DNA of 64,000 nt, from assembly GCA_951406725.2 (NCBI GenBank), contig OX597823.1, positions 9,238,001 through 9,302,000 of the forward strand, written 5' to 3'. Shown here one piece after another: positions 28,020-41,996 of the stretch. The notes beneath the pieces are model-generated. The model was not told the origin of the DNA and did not search any database. It saw only the letters and a list, made by a program, of their open reading frames with translations. This DNA comes from Octopus vulgaris. Lineage: Eukaryota. The position numbers and the translations under genes are program-made. The first letter of the stretch is position 1; each line of letters starts with the position of its first letter.

Positions 28020-29750
28020 AGACCTAAAATCATGTAAACAAACCGCGGCCGCCACCGCTAAATTCACCAAATGTATCTAAGTAACCAAAGACAATTGATA
28101 TATGCAACACAGAAACATTCTGAAAGCACAGTGCAGAGTAAGCTTTTCTACTTTTTAAAAACTATCATTAAGCAACTTGCCTTTATTAAGAAGATTAATA
28201 AAAGATCCAACAGCTCCAATTTTGAAAGATATCGATGATGTCGTTGGAGAGCATATGGAATTATTTGATGTTAATTACTAGAATATTAATACCTCCACAT
28301 TCACAGCTGCCTTCACTCTTAAAGAACACCTAGGAGAAATCTGCACTATACATTGTAATGAAGCTACTAAACGGAAGCAATGTAGATGGTGGGGGGGATC
28401 TTAAGAAAAACATCAATTTGCGTTGCCATATTGAATGGTGAACCACGATAATAAAATATAAGTGGAAGAATGGGCTTACACATCATTAACTGCATCTGCA
28501 TATTATGAAAAAGTTTACTAAGATCTATGGTGACTTTATATACCAAGTCCTGGAGAAAAGGTTTTTTTTTTACGTGAAAACACGAAATCAAGGCACTGAA
28601 GCAAAATTTTCGCTGCCGCAAGCGAACTTTTTAAAGAGCCTGTATAAACCGCACTTTTGCTTCTAATCCACTGGCTTTATGCAGAGAGATGAAGAAGGAA
28701 TGTTTTACCGTGAAGAAAACCCCTTCTCAAGAGGCACCTGAACCATTCTCGTTGAAAATCTGGAACGAAAAGAGGAATCTTCACCTTAATGTAAATTCAG
28801 TAACGAGAGAATACTATAGCAGTATCAACTGCAAAACATATGCGATTGACCCGAAAGCTTTCATTATAGCTGTAGGCAAACTGCATAATTGGAAGGCACC
28901 TGTAAGAGACCTGATAACTGGATACTGGTACAAGAGGCTAACATTTTACAGGAAACCACTAAAACGCATACTCAAACGTAATATGGCAGGACAGATCGAC
29001 ATACCAAATTGATTTGCTATGAAACCACCGACTTACCTGCATATTACATGCCCATTTGCTTGCCTGAACTTTATGTACAATCTGTACGCAACTCGCGCTA
29101 ACCATTTCCTCCAGGACCAGTGTGGATCCAGTAACATAGTGACAGATGAGCAGGCCGCTGCGGAGGAGGGGATGTGATGATGTGCTAAACATCTTTTCGT
29201 AAACAAAGCTCAACAGTCTGAGGTGAAAACCAAAACGTCATTGTAGGAGCCTTACATGTGTATGGCTTGTTCATAGGAAGGTATTTGATTCTATTCCTTA
29301 CACATAGCTGCTGGCTACGTGCTATGGCAAACGTACCTGCTACCATAATTGCCGTCATTGAGAGCTCACAAAGACCTGGGTAATGATCCTCACACTTGGA
29401 ATAGAGAGTGGAACAATCATCTCCAACGCCATAGATATTTCAAGGGGAATATTCCAGAGAAACTATCTTACTGTACTTCCGTTCAGTTTGGCGTTAGATC
29501 TGTTATTATTTCTGTTACAAAGCAACTGCTAGAAATATTGATGTAACCTATAATTTCGTTTTGGATGACCTCAAGATTTGTGCTAAAAGTGTTGAAAAAT
29601 AAATAACATATTAACAACATTTTCTCAAATTTTACACAAAGAATGCTACAGCTATTTAGGCATTGACGGAAACTTATCACACGAAGGAGCTGCGAATAAA
29701 GATAGAGTGAACCGAGAATATTTTGTCAGCCTAGAAAAAATATGACAGTT
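28020..29750 (+). pseudogene. Degenerate reverse transcriptase of an older R4/Dong-like non-LTR element
   Basis: Interrupted peptides in RT order: LHNWKAPVRDLITGYWYKRLT, PFACLNFMYNLY, EQAAAEEG, RKVFDSIPY, GIFQ, FVLDDLK. Confidence 0.75.
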
Positions 29751-29992
29751 GAAACACTCCTCATACAACAGGACAATATTCTACAATGCATTTACAGTAC
29801 CAGCGCTGGTTCCAGCATTGGTCGGTAGGAGAAATCCTCTCCGCGGACGTTGAAACCCGCATGACATTGACATCGACCGGAAATCGTCAGAAGAATGGTG
29901 ATATCGACAAGAAGAGGTAAAGCATGTATATGCTTGAGATCAGTGGAGTTTTCGAATATCGAGTAATCCTTTCTCTCCCTCCCTCTCCCCTT

Positions 29993-30023
<31 letters not shown>

Positions 30024-30339
30024 CCAGACTGCACTTCCTAAAAAAGAGCATCAAAAATAAAAAAAAATACACTAACTTAGTGAAAAGAACAATACTTTAC
30101 GTGTTACCAGCGAGACCCTCAGCACGCACACTTCCTGCTGACCTCCAAAACAACCCTAAAACAGCCGGACTAACTTAGCTCACAGAAGACCTGGATGTGA
30201 ATCGCTCAGCAGAGAAAAATAAAAGAAAAGGATAATGCATGAGTATGTTTCTTGATCATTTGAAGACAGTTATATTAACATGAAACAAAACTTCACTTGG
30301 AGTCGTGACCGCTCCATCATATCACATTTCGAAGGATAT

Positions 30340-30565
30340 GCATTTGCAATCAAATAACAGGAGAATGCTACAAAATATCTAATAACAAGAGACAGTGAAA
30401 CTTGGCCATAACTGGTCAGAGACCTACGCAAAGTTTTCAAAAAGTTTTCATCGTTCTCGAAACAATCCGGTAGATCTAGTTCAATTGAAACCCGTATATG
30501 TATTTTTGATCAGCCGAAAGCGGTTTTGGCACAAACTTGGCCGACACGCATCTCATCCCCAAATC

Positions 30566-30567
<2 letters not shown>
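30340..30567. mobile_element. Rearranged mariner transposase fragments
   Basis: Plus strand VKLGHNWSETYAKF (N-terminal HTH-like); minus strand EDLGMRCVSAKFVPKPLSADQK (WVPxxL motif). Confidence 0.65.
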
Positions 30568-30649
<82 letters not shown>

Positions 30650-30693
30650 CACACATATACATACTAGGTGTGATCTATATATCATCATCATCA

Positions 30694-30746
<53 letters not shown>

Positions 30747-31644
30747 GATGTTGTTGTTGTTGTTATTATTAAGATATATTTTTATATATCCATCACGGCT
30801 GATCATGTCAACTGGTTTCGCAGTAAGGGTCCAACGGAATATTAGGTAACAAACCGATTATATAACACTACGCTCATCAGATGTATATACATACATACGA
30901 TATACGTATACATGTATATATATATATAGCTTTTATGTATACGTATATATGCGTATATACATATATACACATACGTATACTTTCTGCAAACATCCACTAC
31001 ACAAACTTACACAAACAGATGCACACGCACAAACGAACACATACACAAAACACACATGACAGATCTTTAAGCAAATGTCAAGGGAAACCAAAACTGAAAG
31101 TGTACTCACTAAAAATCATGGAAATAACAATAGACCGAATAGTTATATTTTGCATATTATTTTAGGAAGCTATCATTGATTTCATTGATTCTAATTAGTA
31201 GGCGGAAAAGAATGTTTTAGAATTCGTAACTCGGTAAAATTAATCAGAATTTTTCTGTCTGATTCAAAATTCACAACAAATTAAATTTGTAACAATTAAT
31301 ATTATTTCTCTATGAGGCGTTACGTCAAAGAATTAGAATTAATTAGAATTAGAGAAGAAAGCAAATAAATAATAGTAACATTGTAGGTGAGAACACACTT
31401 ATAATTCGGCTTCGTCATCATATAGCGATATTTAAACATAGAATCGCTTATGCCAAGTGTAACAAATGTATATATGAAACAAACGAGAAAGTAAGAAATT
31501 AAAAGACTTCAATATTCAAGGATAGAATCTCTAATTAAATCAATAATAATAAATTATAATAAACTGGAAAGAATGAGTAAATAAATAATCTTGTAATTTA
31601 TGTGACACATGTATGTTACATGTTACACCTTTAAAACATGACGG

Positions 31645-31684
<40 letters not shown>

Positions 31685-32064
31685 AGTTGTATATCGCATG
31701 GGATTATATAAGAAAAAAGGTTTGAAAATTCAATTAAACGATGTTTAATGAATTTACTTGAATGTGTCAAAAGTTACATTAAGGAAACATTGAATATGGG
31801 TTCAAAAAAGAAAAACTTTTTTGAATATAATATTCAATGTGACAATTATGTAAAAAACTTTTTTGAACCCATATTATTCAGTAAATGTGGGGTTTGACAA
31901 TCTTACCAAAGAGTGAAACGGTTAAGTAAAGTTTAAGCATTTTCACCTTTTTTCTTAAGAATATATATATATATATATATATACAATTAAGATTCAAGTA
32001 ACTTCCAATGAATTTACTTGAATGTGTATAACAGATGCACCAGAAAAACGATATGGTGTTATCC

Positions 32065-33282
32065 ACAGTAATTGGGGTGATTATAAACGAGAAAAAGCAA
32101 CAAGAATGGATTGGTTTTAGTACAATTGTACATTGTTTGGTTAAGGGTTGCACTTAGATCCTTTCTCTTATTGTATTTCCTTTTAACTATAGCTATTGAC
32201 CCCTCTACCCCTGACCTTGTTTATCTCTTTAAATTCTCTTTAGATTCATATCTGCTTTCATCCGTGTCAGGTTGATAGTAAATAGCTGTGTACTGGTCAA
32301 AAAAATAATTTTCTTTGCTCATAGTTCCTGAATTCTTAAAGATTCTTAAAGATTCAAGCTAACTAAATTATCGACAAATTCTTCTGTATTTTGGTCACTT
32401 TAAAAACCCCCTCCCGCTAAGTTGTAGCAGTATACTCTATATAGGCGCCTTTTCTTTTCTCCCCATTCCACTTTATTTTTTCTTTTCCTTTTTCTTTTTT
32501 CTTTTTTCTTTTTTTTTCTTTTTTTCTTTCTTTTTTTTCTTTTTCTTTTCCTTTTTCTTTTTCTTTTCTATCCTTCTCCCCCGTTTCTCTCTCTTTTTTC
32601 TTTTTCTTTTTCTTTTCCTTATTTCTTCTTCTTCTCCTTTTTCTTTTTCTTTTTTCCTTGTCTCTTTCCTTTTTCTTTTATCTTATTTTATTTTCTTTGC
32701 CCCACAAATAAATTCCTTCAGCCTTTAGAATTCTCAACATAGCAGTTTTGCATGGAGAGCAATAACATGGCAAATTACCTTATCATATAGCATGAAATGA
32801 TTGTGGATTAATAATGGTTAAATACATCGTCTGTGAGTATGAAATCCCTCATCTTACCACTGGAAATGTAAATCTTCACTATGGATTAATTCACCTTTTC
32901 TGTGAAGCTAATAAGTCTTTAAAAACCTGATAAGTCTGTGCATCCTCCTCCTCATATCTCTGGAAATTTAAAACTACACTATGGATTGATTCATCTTCTC
33001 TTCGAAACTAATAAGTTTTTAAAAATCTGTGATAAGACTGTGCATCATCATTAAGGAACTTTGAAAAACTGTTTACAACCTATATCTGCCTCTAATGGAA
33101 CTATCTCCAATATTTCATGAGTATAACCTCACCCACTAAGATGTCTAGAGAACTCAAATGTATTTTAGCTGATGAGTACGGGAGCACACTTTTATCTGCT
33201 GCAATTTTTGCAACTTGTAATAAAGCCTGTCTTTGTATGAAACAATTGTACTAAAAATCCATTCTTGTTGCTTCTTTCTCTC

Positions 33283-33283
<1 letters not shown>
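32065..33283 (+). mobile_element. Non-coding Penelope-like-derived element with inverted 5' pseudo-LTR piece, pyrimidine tract and 3' hammerhead
   Basis: 33015-33283 homologous to the palindrome arm; 32065-32129 is an inverted copy of its 3' part; 3' end joins (TA)n. Confidence 0.6.
33163..33256 (+). ncRNA. Type-I hammerhead ribozyme with palindromic helix III (ACAAUUGU)
   Basis: ttttag-CTGATGA-gtacggga..tctttgtat-GAAAC-aatt-GTA-ctaaaa; diverged homolog of 23005-23095 with core and helix I conserved. Confidence 0.87.
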
Positions 33284-33337
<54 letters not shown>

Positions 33338-33371
33338 TCTTCTTTATTGCCATTCTTGTTGCTTCTTTCTC

Positions 33372-33429
<58 letters not shown>

Positions 33430-33432
<3 letters not shown>

Positions 33433-33582
33433 ATTGCCCACAAGAGGCTAAACATAGAGAGGACAAACAAGGACAGACAAAGGGATTAAGTCGATTACAT
33501 CGACCCCAGTGCGAAACTGGTACTTTTATTTATCGACCCCGGAAGGATGAAAGGCAAAGTCGACCTAGGCGGAATTTGAACT
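33430..33582 (-). mobile_element. SINE family B, 5'-truncated
   Basis: Reverse complement of family B blocks. Confidence 0.85.
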
Positions 33583-33777
33583 ATATATGTATGTGTGTGT
33601 GTGTGTGTATGTGTGTGTGTGTGTGTGTTTGTGCGTGTGTGTGTGTTTGTATGTGTGTATACTCATTTATATGCTATATATCTTCATATACACAAGCACA
33701 CACACACACACACACACACATATATGTATGTATATCCACACATAAATGCATCCACCTACATACAGGAACAATCCATA

Positions 33778-34040
33778 TCTATTATATAAAATCCGTTCTG
33801 TCTGTCTGTGTGTGTGTCTTCTAGGATCTCGGGCATCCTCCATCCGATGGCGCTCAAATTTGATATGTAGATACCGACGGTATCAGGACGTGTATAAGTC
33901 TTTAAAAGATTACAAAAATCGATTCCAGGTGAGAACGCGATCGTTAAGCCGTGGGAACGTGCTTTTGTACGCGCAAATTTAGGTTAAAATTTGGTTTAAA
34001 TGTTTGACAACCCTGTCCATTGGACAGGGGGCGTTTTGCT
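33778..34040 (+). mobile_element. 5' part of another Helitron-like element
   Basis: A|TCTATTATATAAAA start followed by tctgtctgtgtgtg, as in the other Helitrons; no CTAG end seen. Confidence 0.5.
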
Positions 34041-34042
34041 CG

Positions 34043-34073
<31 letters not shown>

Positions 34074-34435
34074 TTTACTCTCTTACTTGTTTCAGTCATT
34101 TGACTGCGACCATGCTGGAGCACCACCTTTAGTCGAACAACTCGACCCCGGGACTTATGCTTTTTGTAAGCCCAGTACTTATTCTATCGGTCTCTTTTTG
34201 CCGAACCGCTAAGTTACCTCAACGTTTAAGTTTATATCCTTCATACAATCTAATACAACGGTTCCACCTTCCAACTCTACTATTATCCCTTGCCTCATTA
34301 ATAACCCCTAACCCTGAAATTTATATTCTCCTCCCACAACCCTCTATCTAAATACCCCCTTCAAATACACTTAGTTCTCCATAAAACCCTTCCATCTATA
34401 ATCTCCCTTCTGTTAACACCTCAAATGTAAAATTT

Positions 34436-34527
34436 TCCCATGAAGACGGAGGCTGGTATTATTCGATGATGGAATAAATTTTCAATCATGATTTTGAATC
34501 ATCGATTCCACTGAAACCGCTGTTGGA
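34436..34527 (+). ncRNA. Degenerate hammerhead motif
   Basis: tcc-CaTGAAGA-cgga..tcgatgat..atcatcga-ttcc-act-GAAAC-cgct-GTT-gga. Confidence 0.45.
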
Positions 34528-34730
34528 CTCGTAAATTCCTAATATTTCTATTTTGTGTATGACGAACCTTCTTTTATGTAAACATATCGAACTATGTTTG
34601 TATCAAATGTATTTTAATAATTTTTGTATATCGATTTGTCTAACTTGTTTATCCTTATATTTACTCCTACACCTACTCAAATTTAATACTCTTGAGCACT
34701 ACTAAGTGTAATCTATATGGAGAATATATG

Positions 34731-35023
<293 letters not shown>

Positions 35024-36279
35024 AACATGTATATATTCAGATCTCGCGTCTGTGATATATGTGCAAACAGTGAAACGTCTATTTGCTAATGTTCTTCAGC
35101 GTAGCACAAGTAAGATAAAATCCAATTTTGAATTATGGGAATCTCTAAAAATGTAGAAGTTTCGAATTGAGTACATTATTCTTGTTCATATACTCTCTCC
35201 GAATATATTTTGGATGTATGTAATTGTATGGATTATGTTTTCGCTAGTGTAGCGATATGTGTTTGCCGGTGCGTGCTTATATGTTCATTAACCTGATTAA
35301 TGTCGGCTCCGTCGCTCAATAAAGATCATGGATGAAATTCCTAGTTATTCGCCCTTCTGAAACACCGTTGTCTGTTGCTGAACATTCTCATGAGCGAATG
35401 GTAGTGTCTACCACACAAATTGCACTTTTTAACTCTCGCAGTGCTGTCTAAATTGTAGAGTTTTTTTTCTATCGCTCCAGCATAGATTGTTCATAGAGTC
35501 CAGGCCTCAAAATATGATAATGGGGACAGATTATCGAATGCTGAATGTCCTCTCCTTCCACATTGCCGGTAGATCTAAAAGCACAGTACAGCTTTTATAT
35601 TTTGACACCAGCGTCGTGCCGGAAGTCGTATGTAATGGCGAATTGGATGACAAGCTTCAACTCACGATATTTCCTCAGCGTTTGCGACTGAATCCTCTCC
35701 TTTGGCTGGGTATAGCTGCAAAATAACGGAAGTTACGAATCAGGGTTTCCTTTTGTCTAGATTGGGTGATCCCCTGATCCAAACCCAGGCTAACGAGCTC
35801 CATCTCTCCGACCGATTTGCTAATTAAGCCATAATCTTGACAATAACAATTACTTCTAATCCGGGTCAGAGTAGACCGGTGAACAATAGTCTTTAAGATG
35901 TAGTTCCACTGTTTCCAATATCCTGAAACACCGAAACAACCAGCGCCCCACTTGTGGTTCCGGCTAATTAGTACATTACAAGTGAAATCTGTGAGTGGAA
36001 CAGTAAAAATATGCAAGAATTTTCTCAAGTTTCAAATGTGAATTTGACTGTGTTAACTATATCCCGGCTCCCTCCTCAGTGGAAGATTTATAATAATTAA
36101 ATAATAGAAGAGACATACATACTTACTTAGGTACATACATATATAGTTACTTGCGTATATACATACCCAAGTAAGTATACATATATATATATGCTTACAT
36201 GTACGTATGCATATATACATGCATATATAAATATATATTTATACACACACACGCTCATATATATATATATATATATATA

Positions 36280-36570
36280 CTCTTTTTTCTCATGTACTCT
36301 TTTACTTGTTTCAGTCCTTTGACTGTGGCCATGCTGGAGCGCCGCCTTTAGTCGAGCAAATCGACCCCGGGACTTATTCTTTGTAAGCCCAGTACTTATT
36401 CTATCGGTCTCTTTTGCCGAACCGCTAATTGATGGGGACGTAAACACACCAACATCGGTTGTCAAGCAATGCTAGGGGGACAAACACAGACAAACAAACA
36501 CATACACACATATATATATATATACATATATACGACAGGTTTCTTTCAGTTTCCGTCTACCAAATCCAAA
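36280..36570 (-). mobile_element. SINE family C, 5'-truncated
   Basis: Reverse complement of the 15545-15965 3' half; similar partial copy at 34070-34215. Confidence 0.88.
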
Positions 36571-36637
36571 TATATATATATATTTGTAACAATCTGTCGA
36601 TCTGTCTGTCTATCTTCCTTTCTCTCTCCATATATAT

Positions 36638-36740
<103 letters not shown>

Positions 36741-38773
36741 AATTCTGCGGCTTATTAAAGCTGGAAGACAATATTCACAGATTATGTCAAGTAGCGCGGA
36801 TATTTGTATATGTTAGTAAAAATTATAAAAATGTGGATGCATGTTTGTAACTGGACGCATATCACAAGAAAATATGACTCTTACGCGTATTGGGTATTTA
36901 TGCGTGCATGTTCAAGGGACCCTGGATGTCCATATCTGCCCGCTCTCGCATATGTTAGTATGCTTGTATGCAAGTGCGTGTGATTGCTCTTGCTTAAACA
37001 TCGTGTGTTCGGGTGAGTTTTCGCTAAATTATTCCTTTTAGTTTATACTAAGTTTCTATTTTACTGTCCTTATCCCGGCATGTACTTATGCGCGTGATTT
37101 ATCAACTGTCCGTGCGTCGTGAATCTGGCATTATGGTTTTCACCCATGTGAGTTTAGTAGGATAGCAGGTATCTATATCATAAGCTGTTATTATTTGCTC
37201 ACGTGTATGTGTCGGTATAGCTGTAAGAGAATAAAAAAAACATACATAAAATGCACTGGTTTTCTTTGAAAGGGTGATATAGATCGATAAATCAATCTGA
37301 CGACCGATACATTCATAGACAGACAGATAGGTAAATACGCAGATAAGTAGAGAGGAAAATGTGTATAGAAAAGATAAACATGCGAGAAGTTAAGGATATA
37401 TCGAGAGAAGGCAAAGAAAAAGAAAAAAGAATAGAAATGTGAAATCATATCCTTTGCTACTTGTTACATCTGTCAACTCTTATTGCAGTTTCCATACAAC
37501 TTTTTCGTATTTCTCATCTCACTCTAACCTCCTCCTCACCGTTAACTTCCGTTTCTACCTTCCATAGTTCGGTTTCTGTCTCCCATGTCTTTATCTCCGT
37601 CGCAGAAAATCAGTGCAAACAAAAAGTTAAGCCATTTGATTGCTGTCTGCTGTCCACAGATGTATTTGCTTGCTCTGGAAGCGGCCTGAATCGTTGCCAT
37701 TGACAGAAATGTTGTTGCTCTATGACTGCTGCTGACTCAGCGGTGATTTCTACGCGTTATACGGCAACAGAGTTATTAAGTAAGAGCTCTTGTCTTTCGG
37801 ATTTAGTGTATCTGTGTACGTGAGAATATGTCTGATGTTGCGTGTATGACGTTGTGTAATGTTACGCGTGTGTGTTTGAATCTGTGCGATTATGAGTGGA
37901 ACTGTGTATCTATGCAATAGTGTGTACGTATGAATGTGTGTGAAGATGTGAGATTGCGTAGGTGTGTATTTGTGCGTATGTCTTTGTCTGTGTCTGTTAT
38001 ATTTTTTTTTGGGATGGAGTCTGCCCGTCATATGTTTAATGGTGTACGTGCGCACGAGCGTGTAAGAGTGTATAAAGTAGAGAGTTTGAGTATATATGCG
38101 TGAACATATCTGAGGGATGGTGCGTTTGTAATGATATATGAGTACGTATGTTTGTTTGAACGTTCGATTGTGCAACTTATTGTCCGTCAGTGTGTTTGTG
38201 CTGCCTTAAGTAGCTTCGTTTATATGTAGGAGGGAATATATGTGTGTTAGTACGAATGAATGTATGTGTGTGTGCTTGTTCTTTTATATGCTTATATATG
38301 TGTGTATTGTATTGAAAAACATGTATCCTAGAAACCCTGAAGTACTTGTATTATCAACCGCAAATCTGTAGCGTGATGTCAGTATTTCCATAAACATTAA
38401 TACATTATATTATAATAGAGTGATAAAAGAAGAGTCTAAGTAGACTGGTGGTGGTAGTGGTGGTGGTGGTGGTGTGCTCGAGGTTGGCCCAAGCAATGAG
38501 GTTGGGCCCGAACAAGAGTATGGTAACAGGCACTAATGCCGGAGCAGGAAGTAATGTGGACAGAATTAAAAGCAAAATGGATTCCATCATCTTATTGTAT
38601 TTAATCTTTTGTACTTCAGCAAAGCTCGTGTGACACGTGCAAACCATAATGCATAACATAAAAGCAAAAATGCACAAAGAAGACGACGATAATGAAGAAG
38701 GAAACGAACGAGAATAAGAAAAGGGGAACGAATGATGAGAGAATGATGAGGAAATCAATGACAACGAGGTCGG

Positions 38774-38774
<1 letters not shown>

Positions 38775-38835
<61 letters not shown>

Positions 38836-38837
38836 TC

Positions 38838-38888
<51 letters not shown>

Positions 38889-38905
38889 GAGGATGATGGT
38901 AGTGC

Positions 38906-38946
<41 letters not shown>

Positions 38947-38965
38947 ATGAGGATGATGGTAGTGC

Positions 38966-39033
<68 letters not shown>

Positions 39034-39100
39034 TCGATGATGATGATGATGATGATGATAATGATGGTGATGATGATGATGAGGATGATGGTAGTGCTGC

Positions 39101-39141
<41 letters not shown>

Positions 39142-39236
39142 ATGATGATGGTAGTGCTGCTGCTGCTGCTGATGATGATGATGATAATGATGATGATGAT
39201 GATGATGGTGGCGATTATTATTATTATTATTATTAT
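38775..39236. repeat. Compound (GAT)n/(GCT)n microsatellite with higher-order units
   Basis: gatgatggtagtgctg(ctg)n block recurs four times. Confidence 0.95.
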
Positions 39237-40995
39237 GACAACTTCGACGTCGATAATCAAGTAACTTTTTTACAGAATTTTGTAACCTCCGAAGAAATCA
39301 ATTGAAACAAATTAATACGAAAAACTAAAAAATAATTATCGATTAAATTGACGCCAACACATTACAGATGTATAAGAAATACGTTGAAAAAGATTAAACT
39401 CTGATGATGACCTTGGAACTAAACTTTTAAAAGCATCCTGTTTCATATTCTATTTAGTGTTCCATCTAGATGAAGGCCGATACAAGTGAAGAGATGGCGA
39501 ATGAACTGATCTGCAAAGGCCGAAGGCTGATAAACACTAACCACCACCTCCACTACCACTGGGAGATTTGCCACCTTCTCCCAGGGCGGAGGCGTTTTCT
39601 CTTTTGCTTTCAGCTTAAAGCTGGGAGATGCATGCGGACCCGAGGAACATATTCATCTTCTCAGGGGAGGTAGTGGTAACATCAATCCGACCAGTAAGCG
39701 TGATCGTACTCACAGTATTTTAGGAGAAACGACTCGATACTTTCCACTACGTAAATTAAAAATCGAAATTTAAGACTTAGTTTGACGAGGCCCTTATCAA
39801 GGATTAGCGTGAGGTCTCATTCCCATTCGAAGCCGAAACTATCTCAAACCGGCTATGGTTGATAAAAGGTCATAAGTGTATCTCTTCTGCGGGTGAAGTA
39901 TAACTCAGTAATCGCTGTTCCACTCGCATAAAGCGTACAGGCTAAGGGGCGAAACGCTTTTGACCCTGAAATACCTACTGATGACAAGGAAGTGTTTCCA
40001 GCAATGCAATGGATTTCGAAGAGCTTGCAAAACCTCTGAGTAGCTCCTGCACTTTATGCGTGCGGAAAAGCATCTCTATTTAGTTCCCCCATCTGATCAA
40101 GAGTAGGAGGTTCATTTTCTCCGTAAACTATTTCAACGCCTGGTCAAAATATACAAACGTTGGTATAATATAAGCCGATGCAATGGCGTCCAGTAGTTTT
40201 ACTGGTACTCATTCTATTCACTATCAAAAGAATAAAAAGCCAATTCAAGCCCGGGATATTTTGACTTCAAACGACCAAAAAGTGCACAAGGCAGCGCGTT
40301 TTGTTTAACGCTCGAGGGATTTTGTCAGTTACGGCTTTCATCTTACAAATCAATAATGTTAAAATAGCTTAATGTATTTGCACTGGATATTCCTCTTTAA
40401 ACAGATAGCGTTTCAAACACTCCAGTGCGTATCGTTGCCACACGATAAAAGGGATCTTCCAAACATCAGACATTTTGTCGCAGTCACTTTAAAGAAATCG
40501 TCCGAAAACGCATCATATTGTAAACATTGGAAATGCTTCAAGCAGATTTTTGTATCCCATATCATATTGTAATTTGTACTTAAAACAATGATAGAGTAAG
40601 GACGCAAGCATCAATATGTGTGTGTGTATTTGTGTGTTGTTTCTGTCCGTTACTGTTTATCATATTTTATTTTATATTTATTTATTTGATTTATTTATTT
40701 TTTCTCATCTTCCCTTCAGCCATTGCTTATTTCTCCCCTCATTTATATATCTCTCACATACTGTGTCCTACAAATTCTGAACGAATCTTTGCGTGAAAAT
40801 GCACCTCCTGGCCACAATGTAGCCTTTAATCTAATCAAGATATCCTTGGCCTCACTTGGTATAGACCTCACTTGGATTGTACCAATTCTGAGGTTCCATT
40901 CGCCATTAAACATATGTAGCCTGGGTTCTCCAAACTCCATATCCTGACTCTTGTATATGCATATACATACATAATATATAAATATACACACACAC

Positions 40996-41052
<57 letters not shown>

Positions 41053-41669
41053 ATACGTACATAAGCATCTATATGCATGAGTGTGTGTTGAGTCCTGTGC
41101 GTGATTATAAATAGCGCTATCAGTAGTTTTAACAACACTGCACTGAATGGGACCATCTGATAGCAATTTTCATCTGTCTGCTTATATAGATATTTTTACC
41201 ATTTGCTGACGATGCAGTTGAATATGCGTGTTGGATTTAAGTAATTCTTGTCAACTTTTAGCCACATTCAAAGATGTATAAGTTCAAATATACAAGAAAA
41301 GTATGAGAATGCTTCGATTCCTACTCTATGTTACATATCTACAGAAGTACCGCTTATTAAACGAAATATTTACAGTATATATATCTTGAATGAAGTATCA
41401 GAATACACATATCAATTGAGTCATTTCAGAGGCGCGGAAGCTGTCTAGAATGATTGGAAGACAAAGTTGTTCTAATGTATTTTAAAGATAACCTGGTCTG
41501 TCAGTTAGAATGCATGCGATATGACAGGATATGAATCATATTAGGCATTCCATTGTTGTGCAGATTTAACATATTATTTGAGATTTCGTACACATATTCA
41601 AGGTGACTCATGAATTAGCTGGATAAATGCAGCTGACGACATGCCAATTTTTGTGCATTTATAATACAT

Positions 41670-41731
<62 letters not shown>

Positions 41732-41785
41732 CCTCATATATATATATATATATGTATGTATATATACATATATAAACAGACAGAC

Positions 41786-41869
<84 letters not shown>

Positions 41870-41996
41870 GAATGGATGGATGGATAGATAGATAGATAGA
41901 AAGATAAAATTTTCAAATAAAGGTAGAAATTGATATCAATCAATTAAAACCAGTGGCTTAGCATATTTAAAAAAGGCCGAAGATTAGAAGTTGTCT

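Noticed and set aside
38405-38764. 119-aa hydrophobic ORF resembling a membrane protein
   Set aside because: Low-complexity antisense of purine-rich and (GGT)n sequence; no family motif
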